DNA of 33,945 bases, taken from Acetobacteraceae bacterium. Its GTDB lineage: Bacteria; Pseudomonadota; Alphaproteobacteria; Acetobacterales; Acetobacteraceae. Under the pieces are notes generated by a model. The model saw only the letters and a program-made list of their open reading frames with translations. It ran no database searches and had not been told where the DNA came from. Every line of letters begins with the position of its first letter. Within the stretch, counting starts at the first letter, position 1. The DNA is taken from positions 1-33,945 of the forward strand of contig JADYYZ010000336.1 in NCBI GenBank assembly GCA_020853405.1, written 5' to 3'. A program made the translations under genes and the position numbers. Below are positions 13,552 through 24,214 of the stretch, in pieces.

Positions 13552-15911
13552 TCCCGGACCTTGAGGGCGGTGACAAGGTCGATCCGATCGACATCGCGCT
13601 TGACCAGCCAGCCCGACGCGAGCGCGGCAACCAGCACCGCGATGGCGGCAAGGCCGTATGCCTCCGGGGTGAAACTGGCCGGCACCTGGTAGAGGTCGGT
13701 GGAGAAGCCGCGAGCAATCGCGCCGGCCAGCGCATAGCCCAGCATGGCGCCAACCGGCAGGGCCAGCAGGGTGATCACCGCCAGCTCGCCCAGCAGCACG
13801 AACGCCGCCTCACCCCTGGTGAACCCGATCACCCGCAGGCTGGCCAGGTCGCGCGCGCGTTCGGCGAAGGCGATGCGGGCACTGTTGTAGACGATGCCGA
13901 AGGTGATGACCGCCGCCATCGCACCCATGACGTACCGAATCGCACCGGCGCCGGTATCCATCAGCCGCTTCAGCGCGTCGCGCGCATCCAGCCGCAGGCT
14001 GACCCCGGCGAGCATCGGCATCCCGCGCAACGCGCGGTACAGGCCGGCGCTGGCGGCGCTGTCGATGCGCAGATGCACGCCCGACACCCGGTTCGGCTCG
14101 CGCATCGCCCGGTTGAGCGCGCCGATCTCGAAATAGGCCGGCGCGCCAAGCAGCGTCTCGGCCACCGCGACCACCGGCACGTGCAACTCGGGGCGCCGTC
14201 CCTCCCGCACCGCCACGGTCAGCACGTCGCCGGGGCCTATCCGCAGGATGTCGGCCAGTGGCCGGGACAGGATGATCCCGTCCGCGCGCAGGCGGATCGG
14301 CTGCGCATCGGCGCCGACCGCGCGGTTCAGCTCCGGCTCGGCGACCAGGCCCTGGAGCGTGCCGCGATAGGTCTGGCGGCCGTGGCGCAGCAAGGCCGGC
14401 ACGGCGCGGAACGGCTCGGCCGCGATCACCCCGGGCAGCCGCCGCAGCCGGTAGGCCGCGGCGTCGCCCAGCGGTTCGATGAACGTCACGGTGACGTCGC
14501 TGCGATCGATCACGCCGAAGCTGAGCTCGATCACCCGGTCGAACGCGCTCATCACCGTCAGCATCGCCACCGCCAGCGCCATGCCGGCGGCGATGCCCAG
14601 CACGGCGGCGCCGGCGCGCATGGGCTGGCGGATCAGCCGGCGCGCCACCATGCGGCTCGGCTGGTCGAGCAGGCGGGTCAGCGCGGCGCCGAGCCTGGCC
14701 GATCGGCTGTAGTCGGCCGGCGCGGGCGGGCGCATGGCCGTTGCCGGCGTCAGCGCGAAGACCTGGCGCAGCACGATCATGCCGCCGGCCGAGGCCGCCA
14801 GGATGCTGGTGGCGATGCCGATGGCGAAGGCGGCCGGGTTGATGCGGAACACCAGGAAGGGGAACTTGAAGTAGTCCAGATAGAGTTCCGCCATGCTGCG
14901 CCCGCCCAGCACCCCCAGCAGGCAGCCCAGCAGCGCGCCGCCGGTGGCGATCGCCAGGGTGAACTGGGCGTAGTGGGTGGCGATCTCCAACCCGGAATAG
15001 CCGAACGCCTTCATCAGCCCGATCTGCTCGCGCTCCGACTGGATCATGCGCGAGATGACGATGTAGAGCAGGAAAGCCGCCACCGCGAGGAACAGCGGCG
15101 GCACGCTGGTGGCGGAGGCGCGCAGCCCGGCGATCTCTTCCGTGACAAAGCGGTTCGACGCCTGGTCCGTCAGCCCATAGGCGCCCAGCCCGCCATAGGC
15201 GTCCAGCAGCCGGTCCACCCGATCCAGCACCGCCGGCAGGCGGGCGTCGTGCGCCAGGGCCAGCAGCGCCTCGTTGAACGCGCCTTTCAGGTCGAACGCG
15301 GCGGCAAGCGCCTCCTGGTTCATCCACAGCACGGCGAACCGCGCGTCGTCGGGCGCCATCGCGCCGGGCGCCACGGCATAGAGCACCTCCGGCGCCTCGG
15401 CGAGGCCGACGACGCTCAGCGTGCGGCGCGCCCCGTTCACGGTTGCCGCCAGCCGCGCTCCCGGCCGCAGCCCGTGCGCCCGCGCAAAGCCGCGCAGCAG
15501 CAGCACCTCGTCGTCGCGCGTCGGGTCGAGCCGCCGCCCGTCGGTCAGGTGGATGTCATTGAGCCGCGGCGCGCGGCCGGCGGGCAACGAGAAGGCGCGG
15601 GCGGTGACCGGCAGGTCCACGCCGGGCAGGTCGATCAGGGCACCGCCATTGATCCGGCCCTCCACCGCGGCCACGCCGGGGATGGCGGCGATGTCGCGCA
15701 GCACGTGCCGCGGCGCCCGCTTCGCCGGGGCGAACACCTCGGCCAGGCGGTAACGCTCGTAATAGGCGCGCCGGGTCTCTTCCAGCGAATTGACCAGCCC
15801 GTCCATCATCACCAGCAACTGGACGCCAAGCGCGATCACCAGGGCGATCGCCGCCGCCTGGCCCTTCATCCGCCGCAGATCGCGCAGCAGCTTGCGGCCC
15901 AGCGGGCTCAT
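13548..15911 (-). CDS. ABC transporter permease with two FtsX/MacB-type domains (YbbP-like, 787 aa)
   Basis: This is ORF 13548..15911. MSPLGRKLLRDLRRMKGQAAAIALVIALGV is the typical FtsX-family N-terminus. There are two periplasmic domains, each followed by a 3-TM FtsX block (…FGYSGLEI… and …IGFTRGEA…). Confidence 0.9.
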   Translation of the reverse strand: MSPLGRKLLRDLRRMKGQAAAIALVIALGVQLLVMMDGLVNSLEETRRAYYERYRLAEVFAPAKRAPRHVLRDIAAIPGVAAVEGRINGGALIDLPGVDLPVTARAFSLPAGRAPRLNDIHLTDGRRLDPTRDDEVLLLRGFARAHGLRPGARLAATVNGARRTLSVVGLAEAPEVLYAVAPGAMAPDDARFAVLWMNQEALAAAFDLKGAFNEALLALAHDARLPAVLDRVDRLLDAYGGLGAYGLTDQASNRFVTEEIAGLRASATSVPPLFLAVAAFLLYIVISRMIQSEREQIGLMKAFGYSGLEIATHYAQFTLAIATGGALLGCLLGVLGGRSMAELYLDYFKFPFLVFRINPAAFAIGIATSILAASAGGMIVLRQVFALTPATAMRPPAPADYSRSARLGAALTRLLDQPSRMVARRLIRQPMRAGAAVLGIAAGMALAVAMLTVMSAFDRVIELSFGVIDRSDVTVTFIEPLGDAAAYRLRRLPGVIAAEPFRAVPALLRHGRQTYRGTLQGLVAEPELNRAVGADAQPIRLRADGIILSRPLADILRIGPGDVLTVAVREGRRPELHVPVVAVAETLLGAPAYFEIGALNRAMREPNRVSGVHLRIDSAASAGLYRALRGMPMLAGVSLRLDARDALKRLMDTGAGAIRYVMGAMAAVITFGIVYNSARIAFAERARDLASLRVIGFTRGEAAFVLLGELAVITLLALPVGAMLGYALAGAIARGFSTDLYQVPASFTPEAYGLAAIAVLVAALASGWLVKRDVDRIDLVTALKVRE

Positions 15912-15930
15912 CGCCCGCCTTGCGTTCGCG

Positions 15931-16659
15931 TCACCAGTCGATCTCCTCGGCGCGTTTCCTGGCCGGATTGACCGTCACCTCGCGGATCGCGCCGTCGGCG
16001 AAGCTGATGACGCGGTCAGCCATCGCCGCGGTGGCGGCGGCATGGGTGATGATCAGCACGGTTGCGCCGGTCCGGGTGTTCACGTCCTGCAACACCTTCA
16101 GCACCGCCCGCCCGGTGGTGCTGTCCAGCGCGCCGGTCGGCTCGTCGCAGAACAGGACGGTCGGCTGCTTGGCGATGGCGCGCGCGATCGCCACGCGCTG
16201 CTGCTCGCCGCCGGAAAGCTGGGCCGGGAAGTGGTCGACGCGGGCGTGCAGCCCGACCAGGGCGAGGGCCTCGGCGGGCTGCAACGGGTTGCTCGCGATC
16301 TCGGTCACCAGCTCCACATTCTCATAGGCGGTGAGGCTGGGCATCAGGTTGTAGAACTGGAACACGAAGCCGACATGCTGACGCCGGTACAGCGTCAGCT
16401 CGCGGTCGTTCATGGCGGTCAGCTCGGCATCGAAGAAATGCGCCGTGCCGGCGGTGGCGCGATCCAGCCCGCCGAGGATGTTGAGCAGGGTGGACTTGCC
16501 GCTGCCCGATGCGCCGAGCAGCACCATCAGCTCGCCCGCCGGCAGGTCCAGGTCAACACCGCGCAGCGCATGCACCGCGGCACTGCCGGCGCCGTATACC
16601 TTGGTGATGCCGCGGGTGCGAAAGGCGGTTCCGGTGGCGCCGGGCCGCGGCGGGAGCAT
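15931..16659 (-). CDS. ABC transporter ATP-binding protein (MacB/LolD/YbbA type)
   Basis: This is the lower part of ORF 15931..16932. It has Walker A (GASGSGKST), a Q-loop, the signature [14 protein letters not shown], Walker B ([12 protein letters not shown]) and an H-loop (ITHA). I set the start at ATG 16657-16659 ([23 protein letters not shown]), only 4 nt after the phaC stop. The longer ORF extension would overlap phaC. Confidence 0.92.
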   Translation of the reverse strand: MLPPRPGATGTAFRTRGITKVYGAGSAAVHALRGVDLDLPAGELMVLLGASGSGKSTLLNILGGLDRATAGTAHFFDAELTAMNDRELTLYRRQHVGFVFQFYNLMPSLTAYENVELVTEIASNPLQPAEALALVGLHARVDHFPAQLSGGEQQRVAIARAIAKQPTVLFCDEPTGALDSTTGRAVLKVLQDVNTRTGATVLIITHAAATAAMADRVISFADGAIREVTVNPARKRAEEIDW

Positions 16660-16663
16660 GGTG

Positions 16664-18514
16664 TCAGTTCTGCATGACATAGCGGCCCGGCGCATTGTCC
16701 AGCGGCGGCAGGCCGTCCTGCGGTGCCCCCATCGTCGGCACCGCCCCCGGCGGGCCGGAGCGGGCGGCGAGCCAATCCACCCAAGCCGGCCACCATGATC
16801 CCTCCACCGGTGGCGTCGTCTCCAGCCAGGTGTCCGCGTCCAGGTCCGCGTCCGCCGGCGCCAGCGTACGCACCCGGTGGCGCCGGCGGGCATGGCCGGG
16901 TTCAGAGACAATCCCGCCATTGTGCCCGCCATTGGTCAGCACGAACGTGACCTCGGTATCGGTCAGGCGGCGGATCTTGAAGGCGGACCGCCACGGCGCG
17001 ATGTGGTCGAACTCGGTGCCCACCGCGAAGATCGGCGCGCGGATATCGGTGAGTGCCACCGGCCGGCCGTCGACACGGTAGCGGCCTTGCGCCAGGTCGT
17101 TGTCGAGGAACAGGCGGCGCAGGTACTCGGAATGCATGCGGTACGGCATGCGGGTGGGGTCGGCGTTCCAGGCCAGCATATCGGTCATCGGGCCGCGATC
17201 ACCGGCCAGGTACTCGTGGATCATGCGCGACCAGATCAGATCGTTGGAGCGCAGCATCTGGAAGCTGCCCGCCATCTGCCGCGCATCGAGGAAGCCCCGC
17301 CGCCACATCATGTCCTCCAGGAAGGTCAGCTGGCTCTCGCTGATGAACAGCGTCAGCTCGCCGGCTTCCTCGAAATCGGTCTGCGCCGCCAGCAGGCTGA
17401 GCGAACCCAGCCGGGTATCGCCGTCGCGTGCCATGGCGGCGGCGGCGATCGACAGCAGCGTGCCGCCGAGGCAATAGCCCACGCCATGGACCGGCTGCCC
17501 CGGGACGATATGCCCGATCGCGTCCAGCGCCGCCATCACGCCGAGCGTGCGGTAGTCGTCCATGCCGACATCGCGCGCCTCGGCACCGGGATTGCGCCAG
17601 GAGACCATGAATACGGTGAAGCCCTGGGCCACCAGGAAGCGCACCAGCGAATTGCCCGGCGACAGGTCGAGGATGTAGTATTTCATGATCCAGGCCGGCA
17701 CGATCAGGATCGGCTCCGGGTGGACCGCATCGCCTGCCGGGGCATACTGGATCAGTTCGATGAGCGCGTTGCGATAAACCACCTTGCCCGGGGTGACCGC
17801 CAGCTCGCGGCCGACGGCGAACGCCTCGATTCCGGCCGGGCCCTTGCCGGTGACCATCCGGGCGGCATCCTCGAGCAGATGCTGAAAGCCGCGCACCAGG
17901 TTCATCCCGCCTTCAGCAGCCGTGCGGCGCAGCAGTTCCGGATTGGTGGGCAGGAAGTTCGACGGCGCGAAGACGTCGAGCATCTGCCGGGCCGCAAACG
18001 ACGCCACCTCCTCGTGCCGCTGCGTTACGCCGCGCACGCCGGTGGTGGCGTTGTGCCACCATTGCTGCTGCAACAGGAAGCCCTGGTACATGACGTTGAA
18101 CGGAAACTGCTGCCAGGCGGGGTCGTCGAACCGGCGATCCTGCGGCAGCGGCGTGATGCACGGCTCCGCACTGCCGCCGGACATGCAGGCAAGCACGAAT
18201 TTCGCCATCCGCGCCGACTTGCGCGCGCCCTTGACCGCAAGATGCGTGCGCTTGCCGGGCGAGCTGGCCAGATGGACCGCCCAGTCCCAGTACACTTCCA
18301 TCAGCGCCGCAGGCGCCAGCCCGCCGGTGATGCGCGCGAGTGCCGCGTTCAGTGACCGGTCGAAATCCGCGACGACTTCACCATCCGCGCGAACCACCGG
18401 CAGGGCGCTGGACGCGCGGTCGCGGGAGCGGCCACGCGGTGGTGGCGTGGTGCTGGCCGTCGGAACCGTTTCGAGAGCCGTCGTCTTCTGCATGGCGGTC
18501 ATGGTCGCGTGCAT
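16664..18514 (-). CDS. phaC: Class I poly(3-hydroxyalkanoate) synthase
   Basis: This is ORF 16664..18514. The PhaC N-domain block is [28 protein letters not shown]. The lipase box is GYCLGG with the catalytic Cys, followed by a conserved His block ([13 protein letters not shown]). Its length of about 612-616 aa fits class I. AGGAG abuts ATG 18514 with no spacer, so the in-frame ATG at 18502 (12-nt spacing) may be the true start. Confidence 0.92.
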   Translation of the reverse strand: MHATMTAMQKTTALETVPTASTTPPPRGRSRDRASSALPVVRADGEVVADFDRSLNAALARITGGLAPAALMEVYWDWAVHLASSPGKRTHLAVKGARKSARMAKFVLACMSGGSAEPCITPLPQDRRFDDPAWQQFPFNVMYQGFLLQQQWWHNATTGVRGVTQRHEEVASFAARQMLDVFAPSNFLPTNPELLRRTAAEGGMNLVRGFQHLLEDAARMVTGKGPAGIEAFAVGRELAVTPGKVVYRNALIELIQYAPAGDAVHPEPILIVPAWIMKYYILDLSPGNSLVRFLVAQGFTVFMVSWRNPGAEARDVGMDDYRTLGVMAALDAIGHIVPGQPVHGVGYCLGGTLLSIAAAAMARDGDTRLGSLSLLAAQTDFEEAGELTLFISESQLTFLEDMMWRRGFLDARQMAGSFQMLRSNDLIWSRMIHEYLAGDRGPMTDMLAWNADPTRMPYRMHSEYLRRLFLDNDLAQGRYRVDGRPVALTDIRAPIFAVGTEFDHIAPWRSAFKIRRLTDTEVTFVLTNGGHNGGIVSEPGHARRRHRVRTLAPADADLDADTWLETTPPVEGSWWPAWVDWLAARSGPPGAVPTMGAPQDGLPPLDNAPGRYVMQN

Positions 18515-18725
18515 CTCCTGCTTTCGACGGGCGACGTTCGCGGGCGTGGTGGCTGGCTCCCCGCCAACGGCTCGTCATGATCGATCCGGCGCGGCGCGTT
18601 GCCGCCAGCGAGTTCGGCGCGGCGGGTCCAGCGCATATTGGCATGATACACGCCGTCACCAAAACTTTCAATTCTGACAAAACGAACTATATCTCCGCAT
18701 TGGATAGCGATGGGAGTTCGACGGG

Positions 18726-19724
18726 ATGAGCAGGCGCGGATGGTTGATCGCGCTGGCCCTGGCTGCCACCGCCACGGCAGGTGGCGGCTGGTGGTGGCAG
18801 CAGCTTCAGTCGCGGTTGCCGGCGGGAATTGCCTCCGGCAACGGCCGATTGGAGGCCGAGCAGGTGGATGTGGCCACCCGATTTGCCGGCCGCATGGTTG
18901 AAATCCTGGTCGGCGAAGGCGCGCTGGTCGCCGAGGATCAGGTGGTGGCGCGGATGGACACCGGCGAAATCGAAGCCCAACTCCGCCAGGCGGAGGCGGA
19001 GGTGCGCCGCAATCGCGAGGCCGTGGCCGAGGCCCAGGCGCAGACCGCCCAGCGCCAGGCGGAGCTTGAGCTGGTCGGCCGGAATCTCTATCGCACCCTC
19101 CAGCTTGCCGCCGAAGGCCATGTCTCGCACCAGCGCGTGGACCAGGAGCGGATGCAGCAATTGACCGCCCAGGCCGGCGCCGAGGCCGCCTTGCGGCGCG
19201 CCGATGCGGCGCGCGAGGCGGTGGACGCCGCGGTGGCGGCCGCCGACCGGATCCGCGAACAGATGCAGCAGGCAACGCTGCGCGCGCCGCGCGCCGGGCG
19301 CGTGCAGTACCGCCTGGCACAAGCCGGCGAGGTGTTGCCGGCCGGCGGCAAGGTGCTGACGCTGCTGGATCTGACGGACGTCTCGATGGCGATCTTCCTG
19401 CCGACGGCCGAGGCCGGGCGGATCGCGATCGGTGCGCCGGCGCGCGTGCTGCTTGATGCCGTGCCAGGACTGGCGGTGCCCGCGCGGGTGTCGTTCGTCG
19501 CCGCCCAGGCCCAGTTCACCCCGCGCCAGGTCGAGACGCGCTCGGAGCGCGAGAAGCTGATGTATCGCGTGAGGGTGCAGCTGCCGCCGGCCCTGCTCCG
19601 GCGCTACGAGGCGCAGGTCAAGGTGGGCCTGACCGGCGCCGCCTATGTTCCCATCGCCCCCGGCATCGCGTGGCCGGCCGCGCTGGAGTCCGATCTGACC
19701 AGGCAGGACTGGTGGGCGCAATGA
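18726..19724 (+). CDS. HlyD-family secretion/adaptor protein (YhiI/YbhG-like)
   Basis: This is ORF 18726..19724. It has an N-terminal TM segment ([19 protein letters not shown]), the motif [31 protein letters not shown], a coiled coil, LRAPRAGRV and a C-terminal [21 protein letters not shown] block. GGGAG lies 9 nt upstream of the start. Confidence 0.9.
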   Translation: MSRRGWLIALALAATATAGGGWWWQQLQSRLPAGIASGNGRLEAEQVDVATRFAGRMVEILVGEGALVAEDQVVARMDTGEIEAQLRQAEAEVRRNREAVAEAQAQTAQRQAELELVGRNLYRTLQLAAEGHVSHQRVDQERMQQLTAQAGAEAALRRADAAREAVDAAVAAADRIREQMQQATLRAPRAGRVQYRLAQAGEVLPAGGKVLTLLDLTDVSMAIFLPTAEAGRIAIGAPARVLLDAVPGLAVPARVSFVAAQAQFTPRQVETRSEREKLMYRVRVQLPPALLRRYEAQVKVGLTGAAYVPIAPGIAWPAALESDLTRQDWWAQ

Positions 19725-22462
19725 GCGGCGCCGGCCCTGCCGGCGGCATGGTGTGCGCCGCGGACCTGCATCATGCCTATGGCCACACCATTGCGCTGGC
19801 CAATGTCAGCATGGCGATCGCGCCCGGCGCCACGCTGGGCGTGATCGGCCCCGACGGGGTGGGCAAGTCCACCCTGCTGGGCCTGATCGCCGGCGCGCGC
19901 AAGCTGCAGGGCGGCAGCCTGTTCGTCCTCGGCGGCGACATGACGGACCCGACGCACCGCCGCGCCGTCTGCCCGCGCATCGCCTATATGCCGCAGGGGC
20001 TGGGGCGCAACCTCTACTTCGACCTCACGGTGGCGGAGAACCTGCATTTCTTCGGCCGGCTGTTCGGCCAGGGCGAGGCGGAACGTCGGCGGCGGATCGG
20101 CGAATTGTCGGCGGCCACCGGCCTGGCGCCCTTCCTCGGCCGCCCGGCAGGCAAGCTGTCCGGCGGAATGAAGCAGAAGCTCGGCCTGTGCTGCTCGCTG
20201 ATCCACGATCCCGATCTGCTGATCCTGGATGAGCCGACGACCGGCGTGGACCCGCTGGCGCGCCAGCAGTTCTGGGACCTGATCGACGCCATCCGCGCCC
20301 GCCGCCCGGCGATGGGCGTGCTGGTGGCCACCGCCTACATGGAGGAGGCGGGGCGTTTCGACCATCTGATCGCCATGGATGGCGGGCGCGTGCTGGCCAG
20401 CGACACGCCGCAAGGCCTGCGCCGCGCCACCGGTGCGGCAACGCTGGAGGCTGCCTTCATCGCTGTGCTGCCGCGCGACGGCGATGCGGCCGGGCACCGG
20501 CAGCTGGAGATCCCGCCATTGCCGCCGAGCGACGCGGAGCCGGTGATCGTGGCGGAGGGGCTCACCAGGCGCTTCGGCGACTTCACCGCGGTGAGCGACG
20601 TGAGCTTTCGCATCGAACGTGGCGAGATCTTCGGCTTCCTCGGTTCCAACGGCTGCGGCAAGACCACGACGATGAAGATGCTGACCGGGCTGCTGCCGGC
20701 CAGCGAGGGCAAGGCCTGGCTGTTCGGCCAGCCGGTCGGCGACAGCACGACGGCGATGCGCCGGCGCGTCGGCTACATGTCGCAGTCCTTCTCGCTCTAC
20801 GTCGAATTGACGGTGCGGCAGAACCTCGACCTGCATGCCCGGCTGTTCCACCTGGCACCGGCGGCGATCGGGCCGCGCATTGCTGGCCTGATCGAACAGT
20901 TCGGGCTGGGCGACCATGCCGATGCGCTGGCCGACAGCCTGCCGCTGGGCGTGCGCCAACGCCTGTCGCTGGCGGTCGCGGTGATCCATGCGCCGGAAAT
21001 GCTGATCCTGGACGAACCCACCTCGGGGGTCGATCCGATCGCGCGCGACGTGTTCTGGCAATTGCTGATCGGCCTGTCGCGGGACGAGGGGGTGACGATC
21101 TTCATCTCGACCCATTTCATGAACGAGGCGGCGCGCTGCGACCGCATGTCGCTGATGCATGCCGGGCGCGTGCTGGCCAGCGGCACGCCGGAGGAACTGC
21201 GCATCGCACGCGGCGCGGCCACGCTGGAGGAGGCGTTCATCGGCCATCTGCGTGAAGCCTCCGGCGAGACCGTCGCGGATGCCGCCGCGGATGCCGCCGC
21301 CCTGGGTGAGGCCGCCGCCGGCGCCGCGACCCGCCCGATACGCTCGGCTGCGGTGCAACGAGCCTTCGCCTATGCCTGGCGCGAGGTGCTGGAATTGCGG
21401 CGCGACCCGATCCGCCTGACCGTGGCCGTGCTCGGCACCGCGATCCTGATGCTGATCTTCGGCTTCGGCATCACCACGGACGTGAACCGTCTGAACTTCG
21501 CAGCACTGGACGGCGACGATACGACGGACAGCCGCGCCTATGTCGAATCCTTCGCCGGCTCCGGCTATTTCCGGGAGGGCCCACGGCTGCACAGCCGCGC
21601 CGAGATGGAGCGGCGGATGCGCGGCAACGAGATATCGCTGGCACTGGAGATCCCACCGGGCTTCGGCCGCGACCTGCGCGCCGGCCGCCCGACGGAGGTT
21701 GCCGCCTGGATCGACGCCGCCATGCCGTTCCGGGCCGAGACGATGCAGGGCTATGTGCAGGGCGTGCACCAGCACTTCCTCGCCGAACGCGCCGGCCCCG
21801 CGCGCCAGATCCTGCCGCCGGCCGATATCGAGGTGCGCTACCGCTACAACCAGGACTTCGCCAGCCTGTATGCCATGGTGCCGAGCACGATCGCGCTGCT
21901 GCTGGTGTTCATCCCGGCGATCCTGACCGCGCTCGGCGTGGTGCGCGAAAAGGAGTTGGGTTCGATCACCAACCTGTACGTCACGCCGGTGACGCGGCTG
22001 GAATTCGTGATCGGCAAGCAACTGCCCTATATCGGGCTCAGCATGATCAACTTCTTCGCCATGCTCGTCATGGCGGTGTTCGTGTTCGATGTGCCGCTGA
22101 AGGGCAGCCTGGTCGGGCTCACGCTTGGCGCGCTGCTTTATGTCACCGCCACCACCGGGCTGGGCATGCTGATGTCGGTGTTCACCCGCACCCAGATCTC
22201 GGCCCTGTTCGGCACCGCCATCCTCACCATGATGCCGGCGACCCAGTTCTCCGGCATGCTCCAGCCGGTCTCCAGCCTGGAGGGCGCGGGGCTGTGGATC
22301 GGCACCTTCTTCCCCACCACCTATTTCATCAAGATCTGCGTCGGCGCCTTCACCAAGGCGCTGCCGCTTCACGACCTGGTCGGCTTCATGCTGCCGCTGG
22401 CCGCGTTCATCCCGGTGTTGACCGCGGCCAGCGCCATTCTGCTGCGCAAGCAGGAGGCATGA
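19721..22462 (+). CDS. RbbA/YhiH-type fused ABC protein: two ATPase domains plus a C-terminal ABC-2 permease domain
   Basis: This is the inner part of ORF 19670..22462, and ATG 19721 overlaps the HlyD stop as ATGA.
- The first cassette is Walker [10 protein letters not shown], signature LSGGMKQKL and Walker [12 protein letters not shown].
- The second cassette is Walker [10 protein letters not shown], signature LPLGVRQRL and Walker [12 protein letters not shown].
- About 370 aa of multi-TM ABC-2 domain follow these two cassettes.
- The architecture and neighbours match E. coli yhiI-rbbA-yhhJ. Confidence 0.9.
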   Translation: MSGAGPAGGMVCAADLHHAYGHTIALANVSMAIAPGATLGVIGPDGVGKSTLLGLIAGARKLQGGSLFVLGGDMTDPTHRRAVCPRIAYMPQGLGRNLYFDLTVAENLHFFGRLFGQGEAERRRRIGELSAATGLAPFLGRPAGKLSGGMKQKLGLCCSLIHDPDLLILDEPTTGVDPLARQQFWDLIDAIRARRPAMGVLVATAYMEEAGRFDHLIAMDGGRVLASDTPQGLRRATGAATLEAAFIAVLPRDGDAAGHRQLEIPPLPPSDAEPVIVAEGLTRRFGDFTAVSDVSFRIERGEIFGFLGSNGCGKTTTMKMLTGLLPASEGKAWLFGQPVGDSTTAMRRRVGYMSQSFSLYVELTVRQNLDLHARLFHLAPAAIGPRIAGLIEQFGLGDHADALADSLPLGVRQRLSLAVAVIHAPEMLILDEPTSGVDPIARDVFWQLLIGLSRDEGVTIFISTHFMNEAARCDRMSLMHAGRVLASGTPEELRIARGAATLEEAFIGHLREASGETVADAAADAAALGEAAAGAATRPIRSAAVQRAFAYAWREVLELRRDPIRLTVAVLGTAILMLIFGFGITTDVNRLNFAALDGDDTTDSRAYVESFAGSGYFREGPRLHSRAEMERRMRGNEISLALEIPPGFGRDLRAGRPTEVAAWIDAAMPFRAETMQGYVQGVHQHFLAERAGPARQILPPADIEVRYRYNQDFASLYAMVPSTIALLLVFIPAILTALGVVREKELGSITNLYVTPVTRLEFVIGKQLPYIGLSMINFFAMLVMAVFVFDVPLKGSLVGLTLGALLYVTATTGLGMLMSVFTRTQISALFGTAILTMMPATQFSGMLQPVSSLEGAGLWIGTFFPTTYFIKICVGAFTKALPLHDLVGFMLPLAAFIPVLTAASAILLRKQEA

Positions 22463-23589
22463 GCATGCGCGGCCTGTCCAACGTGCTGTGGCTGGCGGTC
22501 AAGGAATTGCGCAGCCTGCGCCACGACCGCTTCCTGCTGCTGTTCGTGGTCTATTCGTTCAGCTTCGCGATCTACAGCCAGGCCACCGGAATTTCGCACA
22601 ACCTGCGCAACGTGGCGGTGGCGATCGCCGACGAGGATCGCTCCGTCCTGTCCGGGCGCATCGCCGATGCCTTCCTGCCGCCGGAGTTCAAGCGGCCCGC
22701 GCCGATTGCGGTGCGCGACATCGACCCGGCAATGGACAGCGCGCAGTATACCTTCGTCATCGACATCCCGCCGGGCTTCGAGGAGGACCTGCGCCATGGC
22801 CGCCGCCCGGCCGTGCAGGTCAACGTCGATGCCACCGCGATGATGCTGGCCGGCATCGGTGCCGGCTACATCCAGAACATCCTGACCAGCGAAGTGGCGC
22901 GCTATGTCGGCGGCGACGCGGCGCTGGTGCCCCAGGTTCCGCCGGTGGCGCTGCAGCCGCGCATGGCGTTCAACCAGACGATGGACAGCGCTCGCTTCTC
23001 CGGCGTGATGGGCATCATCAACAACGTCAGCATGCTCGGCGTGCTGCTGAGCGGGGCGGCGCTGATCCGCGAGCGTGAGCACGGCACCATCGACCACCTG
23101 ATGGTGATGCCGCTGACGCCGCTGCAGATCATGGCCGCCAAGGTGCTGGCCAACGGGGCGGTGATCCTGGTGGCGGTGGCGTTGTCGCTGCTGCTGGTGG
23201 TGCGCACGGTGCTCGGGCTGGACACTGCCGGCTCGCTGCCGCTGTTCCTGGCCGGGGCGGCGTTGTACCTTTTCTTCGCCACCTCGCTGGGCGTGTTCCT
23301 GGGCACGGTGGCGCGGTCGATGCCGCAGCTCGGGCTGCTGTTCATCCTGATTGTGCTGCCGATGAACATGCTGTCCGGCGGCAACACGCCGCAGGACAGC
23401 ATGCCGGACCTGTTGCGCTATGCCATGCAACTGGTGCCGTCCACCCACTTCGTCTCGTTCGCCCAGGCGATCCTGTTCCGTGGCGCCGGGCTGGATATCG
23501 TCTGGCCGGCCTTCCTGGCGACCGGGGCGATCGGCGCCGCCTTCATGGCGTTCAGCCTGTGGCGTTTCCGCCGGGCGCTGGAGGCGTGA
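22459..23589 (+). CDS. ABC-2-type transporter permease (YhhJ-like)
   Basis: This is the inner part of ORF 22294..23589. ATG 22459 ([25 protein letters not shown]...) follows AGGAGG and overlaps the RbbA-like stop as ATGA. A large periplasmic loop is followed by 5 TM segments, as is typical of ABC-2 permeases. Confidence 0.88.
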   Translation: MSMRGLSNVLWLAVKELRSLRHDRFLLLFVVYSFSFAIYSQATGISHNLRNVAVAIADEDRSVLSGRIADAFLPPEFKRPAPIAVRDIDPAMDSAQYTFVIDIPPGFEEDLRHGRRPAVQVNVDATAMMLAGIGAGYIQNILTSEVARYVGGDAALVPQVPPVALQPRMAFNQTMDSARFSGVMGIINNVSMLGVLLSGAALIREREHGTIDHLMVMPLTPLQIMAAKVLANGAVILVAVALSLLLVVRTVLGLDTAGSLPLFLAGAALYLFFATSLGVFLGTVARSMPQLGLLFILIVLPMNMLSGGNTPQDSMPDLLRYAMQLVPSTHFVSFAQAILFRGAGLDIVWPAFLATGAIGAAFMAFSLWRFRRALEA

Positions 23590-23705
23590 TCGCCACCCGG
23601 ATGGAACCGTGATCGCGGAAGGTGGACCCACACGCGCAGGCCTGGCTCACGCGATCAAGCAGGGGCGACCGCGTGATGGCCGGCTTCGTCAGCGTCCGTC
23701 CCGCA

Positions 23706-24179
23706 CTACTCCGGCTCGTCGGGCCGGTGCGACGGCTCCCCGGCGATACGGGACAGCGCAGTGCTGGTCTGATCGTAGAAGGCGGCAAGGGCGCCGAGCC
23801 GGCCCCGCACCCCCGTCAGTTCCGGCGGAAGCTCGTCCTTGGTGCGGACGACGACATCCCGCACCTTGATCATCCGCTCGATAAGGCCGCGAAGCAGCCG
23901 GATGTAGGGATCGCGCGTAAGCCGGAAATAATCCTGGCGGTCGCCGGATCGCGAGGCACGTTCGAGAACGCCGAGCTGTTCCAGGATGCGGGAATTCGTG
24001 CTGATGCTGCCGCGGCTGACCTGAAGGCGGGTGGCAAGGTCATTGAAGCTGAGCGGCCCTCCCTCGATCACCAGCAGCCCGAGGATCCGCCCTGCAATCC
24101 GCGGCAATCCGTCCGCCTGGGCGGCAAAGCCCATGCGCTCCACGAACTCATCGATGACATCCTGGGCATCACGCTTCAT
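23706..24179 (-). CDS. MarR/GbsR-family winged-helix transcriptional regulator
   Basis: This is ORF 23706..24179. GLPRIAGRILGLLVIEGGPLSFNDLATRLQVSRGSISTNSRILEQLGVLERA is a typical wHTH. It is convergent with the ABC-2 permease gene. Confidence 0.85.
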   Translation of the reverse strand: MKRDAQDVIDEFVERMGFAAQADGLPRIAGRILGLLVIEGGPLSFNDLATRLQVSRGSISTNSRILEQLGVLERASRSGDRQDYFRLTRDPYIRLLRGLIERMIKVRDVVVRTKDELPPELTGVRGRLGALAAFYDQTSTALSRIAGEPSHRPDEPE

Positions 24180-24186
24180 GTCTTCA

Positions 24187-24214
24187 ATGATATGCGCATT
24201 AAATATTCAGTCAA
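24187..24214 (-). promoter_or_regulatory. Candidate sigma70-type promoter of the MarR gene (possibly a leaderless mRNA)
   Basis: On the minus strand, TTGACT (24214-24209) is followed by a 16-nt spacer and TATCAT (24192-24187). Seven more nt lead to the ATG at 24179, with no Shine-Dalgarno between them. The element lies in a conspicuously AT-rich patch. Confidence 0.3.

Noticed and set aside
14073-15971. A 632-aa plus-strand ORF. Similar long alternative-frame ORFs occur at 212..1675, 1374..2888, 16877..18355 and 24476..26605.
   Set aside because: All lie opposite or out of frame with genes that have clear family signatures. Their compositions are dominated by Arg, Ala, Gly and Pro.
12295-16659. 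The MacB/YbbAP-like ABC system plus HlyD adaptor, considered as the type I secretion apparatus for the RTX protease
   Set aside because: T1SS ABC components are half-transporters with a fused 6-TM domain and NBD. Here the ATPase is separate and the permease is a double-FtsX protein. The genes are in an operon with phaC, not with the protease.
19643-22372. A 909-aa minus-strand ORF
   Set aside because: It is antisense to the RbbA-like gene, whose two Walker A, signature and Walker B sets are unambiguous. The translation is Arg/Gly/Ala/His-rich junk.
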